Assembly: GCF_004010195.1 (NCBI RefSeq) | Contig: NC_057750.1 | Location: 498,219 to 549,377 of the forward strand | From: Chiloscyllium plagiosum | Lineage: Eukaryota | Length of the DNA stretch: 51,159 nucleotides | Direction: 5' to 3' | Shown here: positions 1 to 13,959 of the stretch, piece by piece | How the letters are laid out: each line of letters opens with the position of its first letter | How positions within the stretch are numbered: position 1 is the stretch's first letter | The notes under the pieces: generated by a model | The model's input: only the letters and a program-made list of their open reading frames with translations | Databases searched by the model: none | What the model was told of the DNA's origin: nothing | Made by a program: the position numbers and the translations under genes

Positions 1-638
1 ATTCTGGTCTCCTTCCTATTGGAAAGATGTTGTGAACCTTGAAAGGGTTCAGAAAAGATTTAAAAGGATGCTGCCAGGGTTGGAGGATCTGAGCTACAGG
101 GAGAAGCTGAACAGGCTGGAGCTGTTTTCCCTGGAGTGTTGGAGGCTGAGGGGTGACCTCATAGAGGTTTATAAAATTGTGAGGGGCATGGATAGGATAG
201 GAGAATGGAATAGTGTAGGTTAGGTGGGCTTCAGATTGGTTTCACAGGACGGTACAACATCAAGGACAAAAGGGCCTGTACTGTGCCGTAATGTTCCATG
301 TTCTAAATAGACAAAGTCTTTTCCTTGAGGTGTGAGAGTCCAGAACTGGAGGGTATAGGTTTAGGGTGAGAGGGGAAAGATATAAAAGGGACCTAAGGGG
401 CAACTTTTTCACACAGAGGGTGGTGTGTGTGTGTGGAATGAGCTGCCAGAGGAAGTGGTGGAGACTGGTACAATTACAGCATTTAAAAGGCATCTGGATG
501 GGTATATGAATAGGAAGGGTTTAGAGGGATATAGGCCAAGTGCTAGCAAATGGGACTAGATTAGGCTGGGATATCTCATCGGCATGGGCGTGTTGGACTG
601 AAGGGTCTGCTTCTGCGCTGTATATCTCGAAGACTCAT
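1..638 (+). mobile_element. CR1 LINE 3' fragment, interrupted at about 200-306 by a second CR1 3' tail
   Basis: Translates to LERVQKRFKRMLPGLEDLSYREKLNRLELFSLE..RLRGDLIEVYKI, the typical CR1 ORF2 C-terminus; FFTQRVV-type motif; frameshifted. Confidence 0.9.
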
Positions 639-1995
639 AACCCTATCAACCTGGGCGTTAACTTTCAGGGATCTATGTACATGAACGCTGAGATCTCTCT
701 GCTCATCCACACTGCCAAGAATCTTACCATCAGCACAGCACTCTTTATTCCTGTTGCTCCTTCCAAAGTGAATCACCTCATACTTTTCCCCATTAAAGTC
801 CATTTGCCACCTCTCAGCCCAGCTCTGCAGCTTATCCATGTCCCTCTACAACATCCTTCGGCACTATCCACAACTCTGGTGACCTTAGTGTCATTTGCAA
901 ATTTACTAACCCATCCTTCTACACTCTCATCCAGGTCATTTATAAAAATGAGAAACAACAGTTGACCCAAAACAGATCCTTGCGGTACACCAGGCTGAAC
1001 ATTTGCCAACAGCCACCACCCTCTGTTTCTTTCAGTTAGCCAACTTCTGATCCAAACTGTTAAACCACCCTCAATCCCATGCCTCTGCATTTTCTGCAAT
1101 AGCCTACCATGGGGAACCTTATCAAACACCTTACTGAAATCATTATACATCACATCAACCGCTTTACCCTCGTCCCCCTGTTTGGTCACGTTCTCAAAGA
1201 ACTCCACCTACCCTTCACAAAACTGTGTTGACTATCCCTCATCAAGTTATTCCTTTCTAATTGATTAAAAATCCTATTTCTTATAACCTTTTCCAACACT
1301 TTACCCATAACTGAAGTAAGGCTCACTGGTCTATAATTTCTAGGTTGTCTCTACTCCCCTTCTTGAACAAGGGGACAACATTTGCCATCCTCCAGTCTTC
1401 TAGCACTATTCCTGTGGACAATGATGACATGAAGATCAAAGCCAAAGGCTCAGCAATCTCCTCCCTGGCTTCCGAGAGAATCCTAGGATAAATCACATCC
1501 GGTCCAGGGGACTTACCTATTTTCACACTTTCCAGAATGCTAACACCTCCTCCTTGTGAACCTCAATCCTGTCCCATCCTGTTTCACAATATTCTCCTTG
1601 ACAACATTGTCTTTTTCCAGTGTGAATACTGATGAAAAATATTCATTTAGTGCTTCTCCCATCTCTTCGCACTCCACGCACAACTTCCCACTACTGTCCT
1701 TGATTGGCCGTAATCTTACTCCCGTCATTCTTTTATTCCTGTTATACGTTTAGAAAGCTTTAGGGTTTTCCTTGATCCTATCTGCCAACAACTTCTCATG
1801 TCCCCTCCTGGATCTTCTTAGTTCCCTCTTTAGGCCTTTCCTGGCTAGCTTGTAACTCTCAATCACCCTAATTGAGCCTTCACATCTCATCCTAACATAA
1901 ACCACCTTCTTCCTCTTGACAAGCGATTCATCCTCCGTAGCAAACCATGGCTCCCTGACTCGACCACATCCTCCCTGCCTGGCAGGTACATACTT

Positions 1996-2125
1996 TATTC
2001 CTGATGAAGGGCTTTTGCCCGAAACGTCGATTTTGCCTGTCCTCGGATGCTGCCTGAATTGCTGTGCTCTTCCAGCACCACTGATCCAGAATCTGGTTTC
2101 CAGCATCTGCAGTCATTGTTTTTAC
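1996..2125 (+). mobile_element. PLE terminal fragment (family A) with hammerhead motif
   Basis: 130-bp insert in CR1 with TSD CATACTT at 1989-1995 and 2126-2132; same sequence as the terminus of the ORF-bearing copy at 27471-28372. Confidence 0.8.
1997..2032 (+). ncRNA. Minimal type I hammerhead ribozyme motif (family A), core intact
   Basis: ATTC-CTGATGA-A-GGGC-TTTT-GCCC-GAA-ACGT-C-GATT: core boxes, 4-bp stem II, self-complementary ACGU, GUC triplet; stem I is weak (one U-U mismatch). Confidence 0.7.
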
Positions 2126-2467
2126 CATACTTATCAAAGACACACAGCAGCTGTTCCTTGAATAAGCTCTACATTTCAATTGTGCCCATCCCTGCAGTTT
2201 CCTTCCCCATCCTATGCATCCTAAATATTGCATATTCGCATCATAGTTGCCTTTCTCCCAGCTGTAACTCTTGCCCTGCAATATGTGCTTATCCCTTTGC
2301 ATCGCTAAAGTAACCAAATTGTGGTCATTATCACCAAATTGCTCAGCTACCTCCAAATCTAACATCTACCGGGTTCAATACCGATTACTAAATCCAGTGT
2401 GGCCTCGCCCTTTGTTAATCTGTTTACATACTGTGTCAGGAAACCCTCCTGCACACATTGGACAAAA

Positions 2468-2668
2468 GCTGAAAAATGTGTTGCTGGAAAAGCGCAGAAG
2501 GTCAGGCAGCATCCAAGGAACAGGAGAATCGAGCAAGAATGAGGAAGAAGGGCTTATGCCCGAAACGTCGATTCTCCTGCTCCTTGGATGCTGCCTGACC
2601 TGCTGCACTTTTCCAGCAACACATTTTTCAGCTTTGATCTCCAGCATCTGCAGTCCTCACTTTCTCCT
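2468..2668. mobile_element. Fold-back PLE fragment (family A)
   Basis: About 65-bp inverted arms around a truncated hammerhead; direct repeat ATTGGACAAAAGCTG at 2457-2471 and 2669-2683. Confidence 0.8.
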
Positions 2669-2974
2669 ATTGGACAAAAGCTGGCCCATCTGAAGTACTC
2701 AAACTATAGTATTTGCAGTCAATATTTGGAAAGTTAAAGACCCCATCACAACTACCCTATTACTCTCGTTCCTTTCCAGGATCACCTTTGCTATCTTTTC
2801 CTCTACATCTCTGGAATTATTCGGAGGCCCATTGAAAACTCCCAAGAGGGTGATCTCTCCTTTCCTGTTTCTAAACTCAGCCCATACTACCTCAGTAGGC
2901 AAGCTCTCAAATGTCTTTTCTACCACCGTAATACTGTCCTTGACTGACTAACATTGCCACACCTCCCCATATCT

Positions 2975-3220
2975 CTGTAATTCTGCATTTCCCATTTGTA
3001 ATCCACCTAACCCACACAATCCTGGACACTATGGACAATTTAACATGGCCAATCCACCCTAACCTACACATCGTTGGACTGTGGGAGGAAACTGGAGCAC
3101 CCGGAAGAAAAGCATAGAGACAGTGGGAGAATGTGTAAACTCCACACGGACAGTTGCCTAAGGCTGGAATTGAACCTGGGTCCCTGGTGCTGTGAGGCAG
3201 CAGTGTTAGCCACTGAGCTA
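2975..3220 (-). mobile_element. HE1-like V-SINE, diverged
   Basis: Reverse complement has a tRNA-like head (GGTTCAATTCC B box) and the V-domain gtgtggagttt..ttctccc..gtttcctcccacagtcc. Confidence 0.8.
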
Positions 3221-3436
3221 CTAATCAGCTGCCCTAATGCCGAAGATGCAAAACGTTACAATGTAGGCACTGCAAGTCACTAAGTGGGCAAATGGGATGC
3301 TGTCCTTGATAAAGAGAGGAGTCAAGTATAAAAGTAAGGATGTTATGCTTCAGTTAAATGGGGTATTGATGAAACCCCTCTCAATACACAGTTTTGATCT
3401 GCTTAGTTCAGAAACAATGTGAACATATTAGCAGCA

Positions 3437-3655
3437 GATTAGATTAGATTAGATTACAGTGTGGAAACAGGCCCTTCGGCCCAACAAGTCCACACCGACC
3501 CGGGACTGTGGGAGGAAACCGGAGCACCCGGAGGAAACCCACACAGACACGGGGAGAATGTGCAAACTCCACACAGTCAGTCGCCTGAGGCGGGAATTGA
3601 ACCCGGGTCTCTGGCTCTGTGAGGCAGCAGTGCTAACCACTGTGCCACCGTGCCG
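3437..3655 (-). mobile_element. HE1-like V-SINE with internal deletion
   Basis: A box TGGCACAGTGG, B box GGTTCAATTCC, V-domain and (TCTAA)n tail on the minus strand. Confidence 0.88.
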
Positions 3656-3689
3656 CAGCTCAGGGGAAGTTTCCGAGATTGATAAATGT

Positions 3690-4140
3690 CATGTCCCCCC
3701 AAGACAGACTGGGCTTGTTCCCACTGGAGTTGAGAGAGTGTGTGATGGTGGGGGTGTGTGGTGACTTGATTGAAGTGTATCAGATCCTGAATGGTGTGGA
3801 TAGGGTGGCTGGGGAAAGGCTGTTTTTTCATGTGGGTCAGTCCAGAACTATGGGGCACTGTTTTAAAATTAGGGGTTACCCTTTCCAGACAAAGATGAGG
3901 GGAAATGTTTTTCTCTTAGAGGATTGTGAAACTTTGCAACTGTGGGCCTCAGAAGATAATGGAGGAGAAGAGTATTTTTAAAGCGGAGAGAGATGGATAT
4001 TTATTAGTCAGTGCAATTGAAGACTATTGGGGGCAGATAAAAATGTGGAATTCGAAACCCAAGCTGATCAGTCATGAGCTATTGAATGGTAGAGCAGGCT
4101 TGAGGGGCTGAATGGCCTACAGCTACTCCTGGTTTGTAGG
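3690..4140 (+). mobile_element. Old CR1 LINE 3' fragment
   Basis: RLGLFPLE..GDLIEVYQILNGVDRV..F..VGQSRTMGHCFKIRG. Confidence 0.8.
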
Positions 4141-4904
4141 TTCATGTGTTTCTGTCCTTTGACATTGTATTTGGAAGAGTCTGCTGTGATAAGATGAGTC
4201 TGTTGCAGGCGGACAGGAAAGAAATAGACAACACAAGGAAACTTGAACAGAGAAGGTCCACAGCAAGAGAATGGGGTCTTACTCCGTGATACAACGCTGC
4301 AAGAAATTTAATCATCAGGACAGGAGGAGTAAGGGCAGGCTCACCCACACCCCCACTCACTCTAATTTCCTCAGCCTTGTCCTGCTCAGCACACTTCACA
4401 CCAACAAGCCGTGTGAGGCTATTCATCTCTGACCCTTCAAGTACGACCCCTCCCCCCCAGCTCCCTCTGATCAGCCTTCACTGACAGTCACCCTCATCTT
4501 ATCACCATGTCACACCCATCCCCCCTCAATGACCCTGCATCAATGTGACCTTCCACCTTCCCATCTCATTCCATACCCCACACTCAGCTTGCAAGGGAAT
4601 CAAACACAGAAGCTGAGGGGGAAAGCTGAGATCTTGAGTTGGTCTTCCAGGCACAACCTCCCTGAGAACAACAGAGCAGCATGGTCCTTCCCCTGTCTGG
4701 TCATTGACAATCGAGAGCTGGGGTCTCCATGGAATCTGGTGACAGAATTAAATATCACAAAGACCTGTACTAGTCTGACACGTGGATTTGACATCAGCAG
4801 CCATTGAAATGTGAGGGACTATACATAACGATTGGAACACTCTCACCTTCCCAGCTTGGTCTTTCATGTCCCACAGCTCCACAATTGTCATGCAGGAGGT
4901 GATG

Positions 4905-5003
4905 GCTGAAAAATGTGTTACTGGAAAAACGCAGCAGGTCAGGCAGCATCCAAGGAGCAGGAGAATTGATGTTTCGGGCATAAGCCCTTCTTCAGGAATC
5001 TGA
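4905..5003 (-). mobile_element. PLE terminal fragment (family A) with hammerhead motif
   Basis: 15-bp TSD ATGCAGGAGGTGATG at 4890-4904 and 5004-5018; minus strand reads CTGAAGA-A-GGGC-TTAT-GCCC-GAAACATC. Confidence 0.82.
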
Positions 5004-5684
5004 ATGCAGGAGGTGATGTCAAAGGAAGATGTCACATCCTCAGCGGAGGCCATTCACTCTGTGATAGCACTATAACATGACAGATGCACAACCGCCCATC
5101 GCCAGCTCAGAGGCTCCGGAATTTGGTGGGGATTCCAAGTGAGGCAGGTAGCTGTCACACAATGAAGGACCAAGCAAGTGGGAGTTGGCCAGAGAGACAT
5201 GGAGAGAGTCTCCATCGGAGATCACAGGAGTCTTCAAACTGGGCTCACTTACATCCAAATCATTGGAAGATGAAGAGAATGAATTTGTTGATATACAAGG
5301 GGAATCACTTTGTTGAATTATTATATTTCTGTTCAATAACTATCAGCCTTGAATTTTATTTCAAACTCCATTATCGCATCTTCCTTATTGTTATAAGCCA
5401 CTAGCAAGGTGTCTTTGGCCCTTTTGAACAATACTATAGTAAGAGGTATCCCATGATCCCCAACTGAGTCAGGGAGTTCCAGAGTCAGGGAGTTCCAGAG
5501 TCAAAGTATTAACTGTGGGACAAGTTGTGCTGAGGTTTGGGTTAGGAGTAGGCAGAAAGGGTTCAGAGTTTTTATCCCGGTTAATTGTACTGCTTCAGGT
5601 CAGCCTGAATTAGCTCTGCATGCAAAAACCTGTCAAAGTAGGCAAGAAGATAGCTGTCACATCTCATCATTTCAATGCCTCTTT

Positions 5685-6162
5685 TTATATTCATTCACCG
5701 GAAGGCAGCATCACTGGCTATGCCAGCATTTATTGCCTATCCCTAATTGCCCAGAAGGCAGTTAAGAGTCAACCACATTGCTGAGGGTCTGGAGTCACAT
5801 GTAGATCTGATCAGTATGTCAGTTCCTCCCCTAAAGAGCATTAGTGAGGATGGGTCGCTTGACCCGGAAACATTTAATTCTGATTTCTGTCTCTATAGAT
5901 ACTGCCCGACCTGTTGAGCTTTTCCAACAATTTCTATTTTTGTCTCTGATTTATAGCACCTGCAGTTCTTTTGGTTTTTAGTGAACCAATGTGTTTTTTT
6001 CCAACAATGGATTCATGGTCATCATTCAACTGTTGATTCCAGATTTTTATTGAATTCAAATTGCACCATCTGCTGCAGCTGGATTCAAACCTGGGTCCTT
6101 AGGACATTAGCTGGGTCTCTGGATTAACAGTCCAATGATAACACCATGAGGCCATCAACTCC
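5685..6162 (-). mobile_element. SacSINE1-like DeuSINE, interrupted at about 5845-5980 by a PLE-type fragment
   Basis: Reverse complement contains acatgtgactccagaccc.cagcaatgtggttgactcttaactgcc and a tRNA-like head; similar copies at about 42340, 45245 and 47960. Confidence 0.7.
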
Positions 6163-7279
6163 TCATTAGTCAACCCATTGTCTCCTTCTTATGCTAGGTA
6201 CTGAAAGCTTGGCAAACTCTTGCTTGGAGAATTAAGTTCAAAAATTCCTGTGCTAAGAAATTGTTTAATTACCTTCTCACACATCCAAGTATCCTGGAGG
6301 AATTTCCCTGTGCATTAATAAACACAGTCAGTGGAGACATGAGGCTGTGGAAGGTTTGCTCTGTTTTCCAATGCACAAACAGTTTCTGGTGATTTCATCA
6401 ATCACCCTCTAAGTTCCAAACACTTTTGTCCACCTTCACCTGAAGTGAGTTTCTGCCTCACATCTGACAAAGTTATTCTGGGTGAGTGGGACAGAATCGG
6501 ATACATTTCCGAACTAAAATAGAGTCGATAGACTGTGGTTGGGACAAACCGACAGAAAGTGAAGTCCCAGATAACATTCACATCAGCTTGAGTCACATTG
6601 GACTCAAAATGTTAACTCTGTTTCTCTCTCCACATTTGCTACTGAGTTTCTCTGGCAATATCTGTATTACTTCAGATTTCCAGCATGTTCCATGGTTTGC
6701 TTTTATTCCAGTTTATTTTCTGCTGTTAATGAATTCCTCCTGAAGTGCTTTATTGGTGTTTTGGGGCTGGTGTGATAATGCTGGTGTTTTAAGAGGTTAT
6801 TTTGACATGGTTTTGTTTTGACGCAAAGTTTTAAGGCAGTGGGACAAGCTGGCTATTGAAGGCCCATAAATAAACAGCTTGGAAGGCTTTGTTTTTCAAA
6901 AAAATTAGAACAATAGAAGCAGCCTGGCTGAGTGTGGCCAGCTCTCTCAGATTTCTATTCTGTTTTAGTTTATAGGTTTAGCTTTAAGCAGTTGCTGTTG
7001 GAGTCTCAACAAGGCAGAAGCTGCTGGAGGTTTGAAAAAGTAGAAGCTATCTTTTCCCTCTCTGCGTTACAGCTGGAATCTGGTATTTCTTTCTGCTGCT
7101 GGGTTACCTGTGAGACACTTCATTTTTCTGAAATTACCTTTTCGCCAAGGCGTGTGTTTATGGGATGTTACTATATTGGAACAGTTAATTAGTAATAGGC
7201 AATGCATCTGTTATTCTATTAAGTTTTCTGTAGAGATGTTATTCTAGGTTCTTCTTTCTTCTGTTGTATTTTAACAAAG

Positions 7280-7770
7280 TCATAGAGCTGTACAGCACAG
7301 AAACAAACCCATTGGTCCAACATGTCCATGCCGACTGGATATCTTAAATTAATCTAGTCCCATTTGCCAGCATTTGGCCCATTTCCCTCTAACCCTTCCT
7401 ATTCATATATGCATCCAGATGCCTTTTAAATGCTGTAATTGAACCATCCTCCACTACTTCCTCTGGTAGCTCATTCCATACATACACCACCCTCTGTGTG
7501 AAAAGGTTACCACACATGTTCCATCTAAACCTTTCTCCTCTCACCTTAAACCTATGGCCTTGAACTTGGAGGGCTTTGGAGCTGCAACCTGACCTCCCAA
7601 CTTCTATACTCATTACATTGACCAATAAAGGCAAATGTACCAAACGCCTTCTTCACTAACCCTAACTAGCTGCGACTCCACTTTCAAGGAGCTATGAACC
7701 TGCCCTCCAAGGTCCCCAGGACCTTACCATTGAGTGTATAAGTCCTACCCTGATTTGCCTTTCCAAAATG
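7280..7770 (-). mobile_element. CR1 LINE 3' fragment
   Basis: GHRFKVRGERFR..NLFTQRVVYVWNELPEEVVE..SITAFKRHLDAYM. Confidence 0.85.
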
Positions 7771-10700
7771 GAGTGTTTAAATTAATTGTGTTTTACTTAA
7801 CATTGTGTAATTTGACCAATCAAATTGCACATTACATTTGTCTTTAAAATAAGTAAACATGAGGGTCTAGTCTACCTTCTTAATATATTTTGAGGGGTTC
7901 TGGTCTGGTCTGGTCCATAGCAGTTAGAATATAACCATAACTACCGGCAACAATTGAGAATGATACCAGATTGTAGGTGGCCATTCAGCCCGTTGTATCT
8001 GTGCTACTGGTATATTCTTTACTGGATTCATCCTTTCGAATTCTAAATTTGTTCAAGGATTAGCAACAAAATCCTGATGCATTTGTATTCAATTCCTTTC
8101 CCTACTGTGTTAAGTGAGGCATTAGTCATTCTTTTTTTGCAAGTTCGATTTAAACAACGGATTAAGGATTTGAACATGCAGTTTAAATTTCTGAACACTA
8201 CTCTTCACACAAGATGATTTAGGTCTTTGTATTCATAACTCTGCTGAGAAATGGTTCCTTCTGACTCACATCTTAAGACTCATTGATATTAAACATGTCT
8301 CTGCCCAAAGCAGGAGTCAGGTAGTCTGATTCTCTCTATATCATCACCTCTCTGCCTCTCACTGATATCAGGCGTTAGTCTCGGTCTGTGTACATACATC
8401 AAGAACTCATTCTAAATTCACTTGACTTCATAATAACACTTCCACTTCTGACTGAGTCGCATTACCTTCCATCCTGCTCACTTCCTTTCGCGAGTGAAAT
8501 GCCTGTGACTGTCGATTGTAGACTCCTGTCTACCCTCCATGACCAACCACCTCTGTTTTACGTCAGCTCTCCAGTATGGATTATTCCATCAGAGTATTTG
8601 TTTGGGTTTTCAATATGAGTTTGTCATTTATTTGCATGCCGGTGTAGGAATGCTGTGGCAATGTGCAGGCAGGGATGCTGTTGTGTTTGGATTGTTACCG
8701 AATTAATGCAGTGCCAGTAAGAGTCAACTTGGCCCATTTACTCAAACCCTTGCCTCAGTTCCAGAATGTTATGTACACCCTGACTGTCCCAGAGATGTGA
8801 GCATGTCATCTCATAATAACACTGGGCACTGAGCTAAATTCTGGAGAATGAAATTATATCCCTTCTCGTAGCTCGTGACAATTGCTTAACAAAATCCTCC
8901 CCAAACGAAAATCTCAAAGTAGATTTTACAACTTAGTACAGCCAATAAATACGAAGGAAAAACATCAATGTTGATTGGATGGCACTTAATGTTAAAAGGA
9001 AGGGACCAGAGTCTATGAGGAACAGTGGGTCTAATTTTTTTCAGCACCAGAGTTGACACCCACCCTTAATGAATGCCAGTTTTGTCAGTACAGTAATACA
9101 GATGAAAAGCATCACCTCTTGACCTCCTTCCTGTTAATCTCACAGACTGAAAACCTTACCTTCCCCCTCTGTCTTGCTCTGTTTAGATAATTACAATAAA
9201 TAGCTGGGTTATCCTCTTTAATTTCCTATCCATTGTTTAGCATTTTGATTCAGATTGATCTGAATGATGACATGAACCTCTGCTGTCTCCACCCAGTCTT
9301 GAAATCTAAAATTTCATAAATTGACATTGATCAGTGGGCCAGATGTTTGTTGCTGAGTCATTGCGAGAGCTACTCTGACCCCTATTAACCTTCCTGCTTG
9401 CCAATATTTACAAGAAAACATCCAAAGCATCACAGAGCATCAGTACTGATTGCAGTATGTAAGTACAACTTCATGTCTTCATTGCCAATAATCCCTGTCA
9501 CTGGTTCCTCCAGTTTCTAACAATGCTTATCCTAAATTATAGCATTCTTCATGTAATTCGCCATCAATTCAATGCTTTGTCCTTATCTAATGTGAATTTA
9601 ACATCCACTAATGTTCATTCAGTCTGATTCATTCTAACAGTCCAGCCCTCCTCTCCACTCTTCAAGTACTCTTTAATCTTGATGAGATGTTAATTTGAAT
9701 GAAAACCCAATGTCTGACTGTTTTGTAAAGACTCCTCCTTTTAACAGATGACTCCAAAGGGATTTTCTTTTCAATCTGTGCTTCCTGTGACTAGGAACCT
9801 CAAATCTCTAAATGGGGTCTTTTGTCATGTGACTTCAGAGCCACACTGGAGAGTATGGGATGAATTCAAACTGGTCAAGGAGAAGACAAGGTGAAGAACT
9901 ATCTTCACTCTTAGGAATTGATTATCCAAAGACTGGCATCTGATGCTGGTAAGCTGAGGAGGAGGCTGGAAGGGTCAATTGGCTGTGAAGTGATTATGGT
10001 GTGCTTTGGGAATTCCATGGGGTAGTAAACGAGGGTTGCTACATAAATGCAATTCTGATGCATCAAATACACTCTTCCTCTAATTCAACAGAAGCCCTGT
10101 TGATAAAAACAGCAAGTCCTGCCTCATTGATTTAAATAGAGAAACCATCCTGACTAACTGATAACCATAAGTGAAGCGATTATAAATTGGTTCATGCTCC
10201 TGGTCTAAGTCCTATTACAGTGGAATTGTCAGAATGCTAAGAAGCAGGTTCCTTACCGAGGATAGTGAGAGGACAAACCCTGGCTGATATTCCCGTGTCC
10301 TCTGTCAAGGACTCTGAGGTTACCTTATTAAATCAACTCATTGAACACTCAGCTGTAACTGGAGATGAAGCTGCTCAGGAAACAGTGCACAAAGTGCCAA
10401 GATTTGTACAATGCTACCCCTGGGGTAAACTCTCTGCATTAAACTCTGTGCTGACTCAGTAACACTAATAGTTTTTCTTGCACAGATGAATAAACATTGT
10501 GCACACAAGCATAAATATTTCCGTAAGAGTTTGCGAGCACCCTCACAGCCAGTTTCATTGTCTGTCACTATGATAGAATTGATTTTATTTTGATAATAAT
10601 TATGTGTAGGCGGGATTAGCTGGAAAATATTCCCTGGAATCTAGGACAGGGTCTGCTCCTTCTCCTTCCGAGGCCAGCACTCTCTGTCAATCCCCATTAT

Positions 10701-10929
10701 CGACTGACAGCTAAATAAACTATCTAGAGCAATGCGTGCCAGCATCAACGTGTTCCTCTCGTCAAACTGGGATCACAAATGAAGTTAGCAATAGACTTTT
10801 ATTCCTGGAAGGGGGCGACTGAAATTTGCCCCACCCAACTTTGCCCATCATGACTGACAGTTTCACCAAAACGTCATCGTTTGGATTCTCTTATTCTCTG
10901 GCGAAATGGGTCAGATATTCAGAGACTGT

Positions 10930-12055
10930 CAGAATGGCTGAGGCATGTGGCTGAGGGTTAGAGACCCTTGTTTGTGGGCAGGAGGCAGGTGAAGTTCATT
11001 GTGGAGATGTTTGAAGTGATACATTTTGGTAGGGTGAACATGGACAGAAAATAAAAACTGAGTGGGGAGGGGGGTAGGGGATATGATCTTAAAAGGGGCA
11101 TGGGAGCAGAGGAACATGGATGTATATGTGCACAGGACATTGATGGTGACCGGTCAGGTGGAGAGAGTGAGTCCTGGGGTTTATTAAAAAGGACATAGAG
11201 TACAAGAGCAAGGAGGAGATATTGAACTTATACAGACTTGTTGGATCCCAGCTGGAGTACTGTGTACAGTTCAGAGCACCACTTTAATATGACGGATGTG
11301 AATTCATTAAGCGAGTGTGGAAATGGTCACAGTGACAAGAACAGGTTGAAGAGGTTGGGACTGCTCACCTTGGAGAGAAGAACAACCAGAGGAGACCTGA
11401 TAGACACGTTGAAAATCATGAGCTGGCTGCTTAGAGGAGACAGGAAGAAATTGTTCCCACTTGTAAAAGGATCAAGAATGAGAGGCAACTGACTCAAACT
11501 GACTTACAAATGTAGCCAAGGTGATATAAGAAATCAATTTCTTTTCACCCAGTGGGTGGTTTGAGTCTGGAAAGCACTGCTTGAAAATGTGGAGGCAGGT
11601 TCAATTACAACATTTAAAGAGACATTGGATGATTATTTGAATAGTGAAATGTACATGCACACTGGGGAAAAGCCAAAAGAATGGCACAAAGTCATAATGC
11701 TCATTGGAAAGCTGACATAAAGACATAGAAACGAGGAGCAGGAGGAGGCCACTTGGCCTTTTGAGCCTGCACCACTCTTCAATCTGACCATGGCTGATCA
11801 GTCAGTTCCTGTATGTCAATCCCTCTTTCTCCCCATGCTCCCTTGATCCCTTTAGCTATAAGGGCCCACATCCAGCTCTCTCCTTAATATAGCCAACAAA
11901 CTGATCCCAACAGCTTCCTGTGGGAGAGAATTCTACAGGTTCACAGCTCTCTGACTGAAGACATTCTGCCTCATCTCAGTTCTAAAGGCTTACCCTTATT
12001 CATGATGGACTGAATGATCTCTATCTCTGCTGTAACACATCTGTGACTCTGTGAA
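10930..12055. mobile_element. Old plus-strand CR1 fragment with a nested minus-strand CR1 3' end (about 11722-12000)
   Basis: RLKRLGLLTLERRTTRGDLIDTLKIM..LFPLVKGSRMRGN on plus; catagaa..ggaggaggcca CR1-type tail in opposite orientation. Confidence 0.7.
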
Positions 12056-13959
12056 GAACAATTTTGTAGTGTGTATTACAGTACCTGGTTCACTGTGGCC
12101 TCAGTAGGACATTACCGTGTCATTTATACTAACCACTACCCCAGTAGCAGTATAGTCACCTGGCCTGGATCCCTCAGCATTGCTGCTGAGATCTTGATGT
12201 CAGATCCATGTTTTCCGACTAATCAGACGCCAAGCTTCAATTAATAAAAACTGTATTGGTTAAATTTTGTAGGCTGCTGGTTGCAAGAGAGATAACAGTT
12301 TCTGAGTAAAACTCTAATGAGTATTGCTGACCTTCTGTTGCCTGTCTTTGCCACTGTCACCAGGAAAGTGACTCCCATCTCCCGGACGGTTCAGCCGTCC
12401 GGATTGAAGGATTAGTGCGAGAGTGATGCAATTCAGGGAATGCAGTCAGAATCTGGAATTCACTGGGATGTCAGATTCCTGAGCTCAGGTTGATAACCTC
12501 GTGCCATTCCACACCACCCACCTCTGCCTGATACTATGGCATCCCAGTACAATAAACAGGCCGCTCAATATGTTAATGTACTCTCTAGTCAGGCATCAGA
12601 GAGGTGTATTGCAGTCTAGTGTTATTCAGGGGATTATCCGTAAAGCTAACATCAGCTGCAGATGTGTGTGGGATGATGGAGGGCTTCCACTGCTGGTTTT
12701 ATCCTCTCTCTGCAAAGCATTTAACCAGATGCTTCCAGTTTCAATAACTCATGTCAGGCCCAAAGGCAGATGTCCACCTCCCAGTGTGTGGGAGAGAAAT
12801 ACACATCTAAAGAGCTTCTCAGATGGGAGAGGAAGGAAAATCATATTAAAGAAACTAATAAAGAATAACATGAGCATGAGGAAGAAGATTAAAAAAACAA
12901 TATATTTCAACAATTTAATCACAAACAGAGTGCTTTGCCAGTAACAGCAACAGCTCAGACCTACCATGCTGAACCACAGCTTTGAAATTTGACTGTTTCA
13001 CCTTCAGCATGCTTTGTGTGTCTTTTATTGAGCAGAGTAAAACTTGCAGAATGACACAACTCCTGAGGCACTCTGCATGCTGAGGAGAGGTTAGCCAGTT
13101 CTCTGGAGGGAAGGGTGTAGGAAGGGAGTGAGGGTAGGCCTAGGTAGGCAATGGTCAGCTATTTTGGGATATCCCCTGAAATTCTGAAAGATGCCTCATA
13201 AATTCAAGTGTTTCTTTCCTTGGCGTATTGCAAAAGCAAAACAATGAGCCTAGTTCTAAAGAGCCACATCAGTACTGCTGAGGATAAGATACATTTTGTC
13301 AAACTCTTCAGTGCAATTTGCAGAATAAAAATGGAAAGGGAAAACAACATTAAATTTATATAAAAGGAGAATGCCGGTGGTTGGCAAATGGATTGTAATT
13401 GGAACAAGCATTGTCATGGATCATGCACCGGTCAATGAAGACTGATAATTAATTGCCAAGCTTTGTTTAAATTTTAAACCAGGTAATTGAGTCTAATTGG
13501 TCAAGAAATTGCCCTGACAAATGAACCAGAACTGGGTGTCACCTACTTTGTTGAGTTGAAACAAACACGATACATGTAGCTGCTCTTTCTTTCATCAAAG
13601 AACAGGGCTTTGTATATTAATAAATGTAGTTTCCAGTGTATTCCGTGTGCAATCTCAATGAACTGTCAGCATAATCCTTCACATACTCAGGTTTATTTAG
13701 AACCTGTTTTTTAATCTCAGAATCATTTTGAACGTGAGGCAATGAGTTTTTGAGTTTTGTAAGGGATTAATGGGGCATAGTATAAACCTGCTGGTTGTGA
13801 GAGTGGAGGGGACATGCTTTTTAATAAAATGTTCCAGTTTTAAGACAAATGGCCTTTCTCTCTGGCATTGGACAGGCATTGAAATTCATGTACTATATTT
13901 CTAATTTGCATGACAGAATTCTTAGTTTGACACCATCCCATTAGTGACAGAACTCTACT

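Larger units (their letters stand above)
639..2960 (-). mobile_element. Degenerate CR1 LINE ORF2 (endonuclease and RT), interrupted by two PLE inserts
   Basis: Minus-strand fragments KSPGPDVIYPRIL, DFSKVFDKVPHGRLL, GVPQGSVLG..F.IFINDLD, SKFANDTK, WQMDFNGEKYEVIHFG; several frameshifts. Confidence 0.92.

Noticed and set aside
4150..5340. Possible decayed Harbinger-type transposon remnant (also about 25740-26850)
   Set aside because: Only a vague TGG-like peptide hint; no transposase motif or terminal inverted repeats found.
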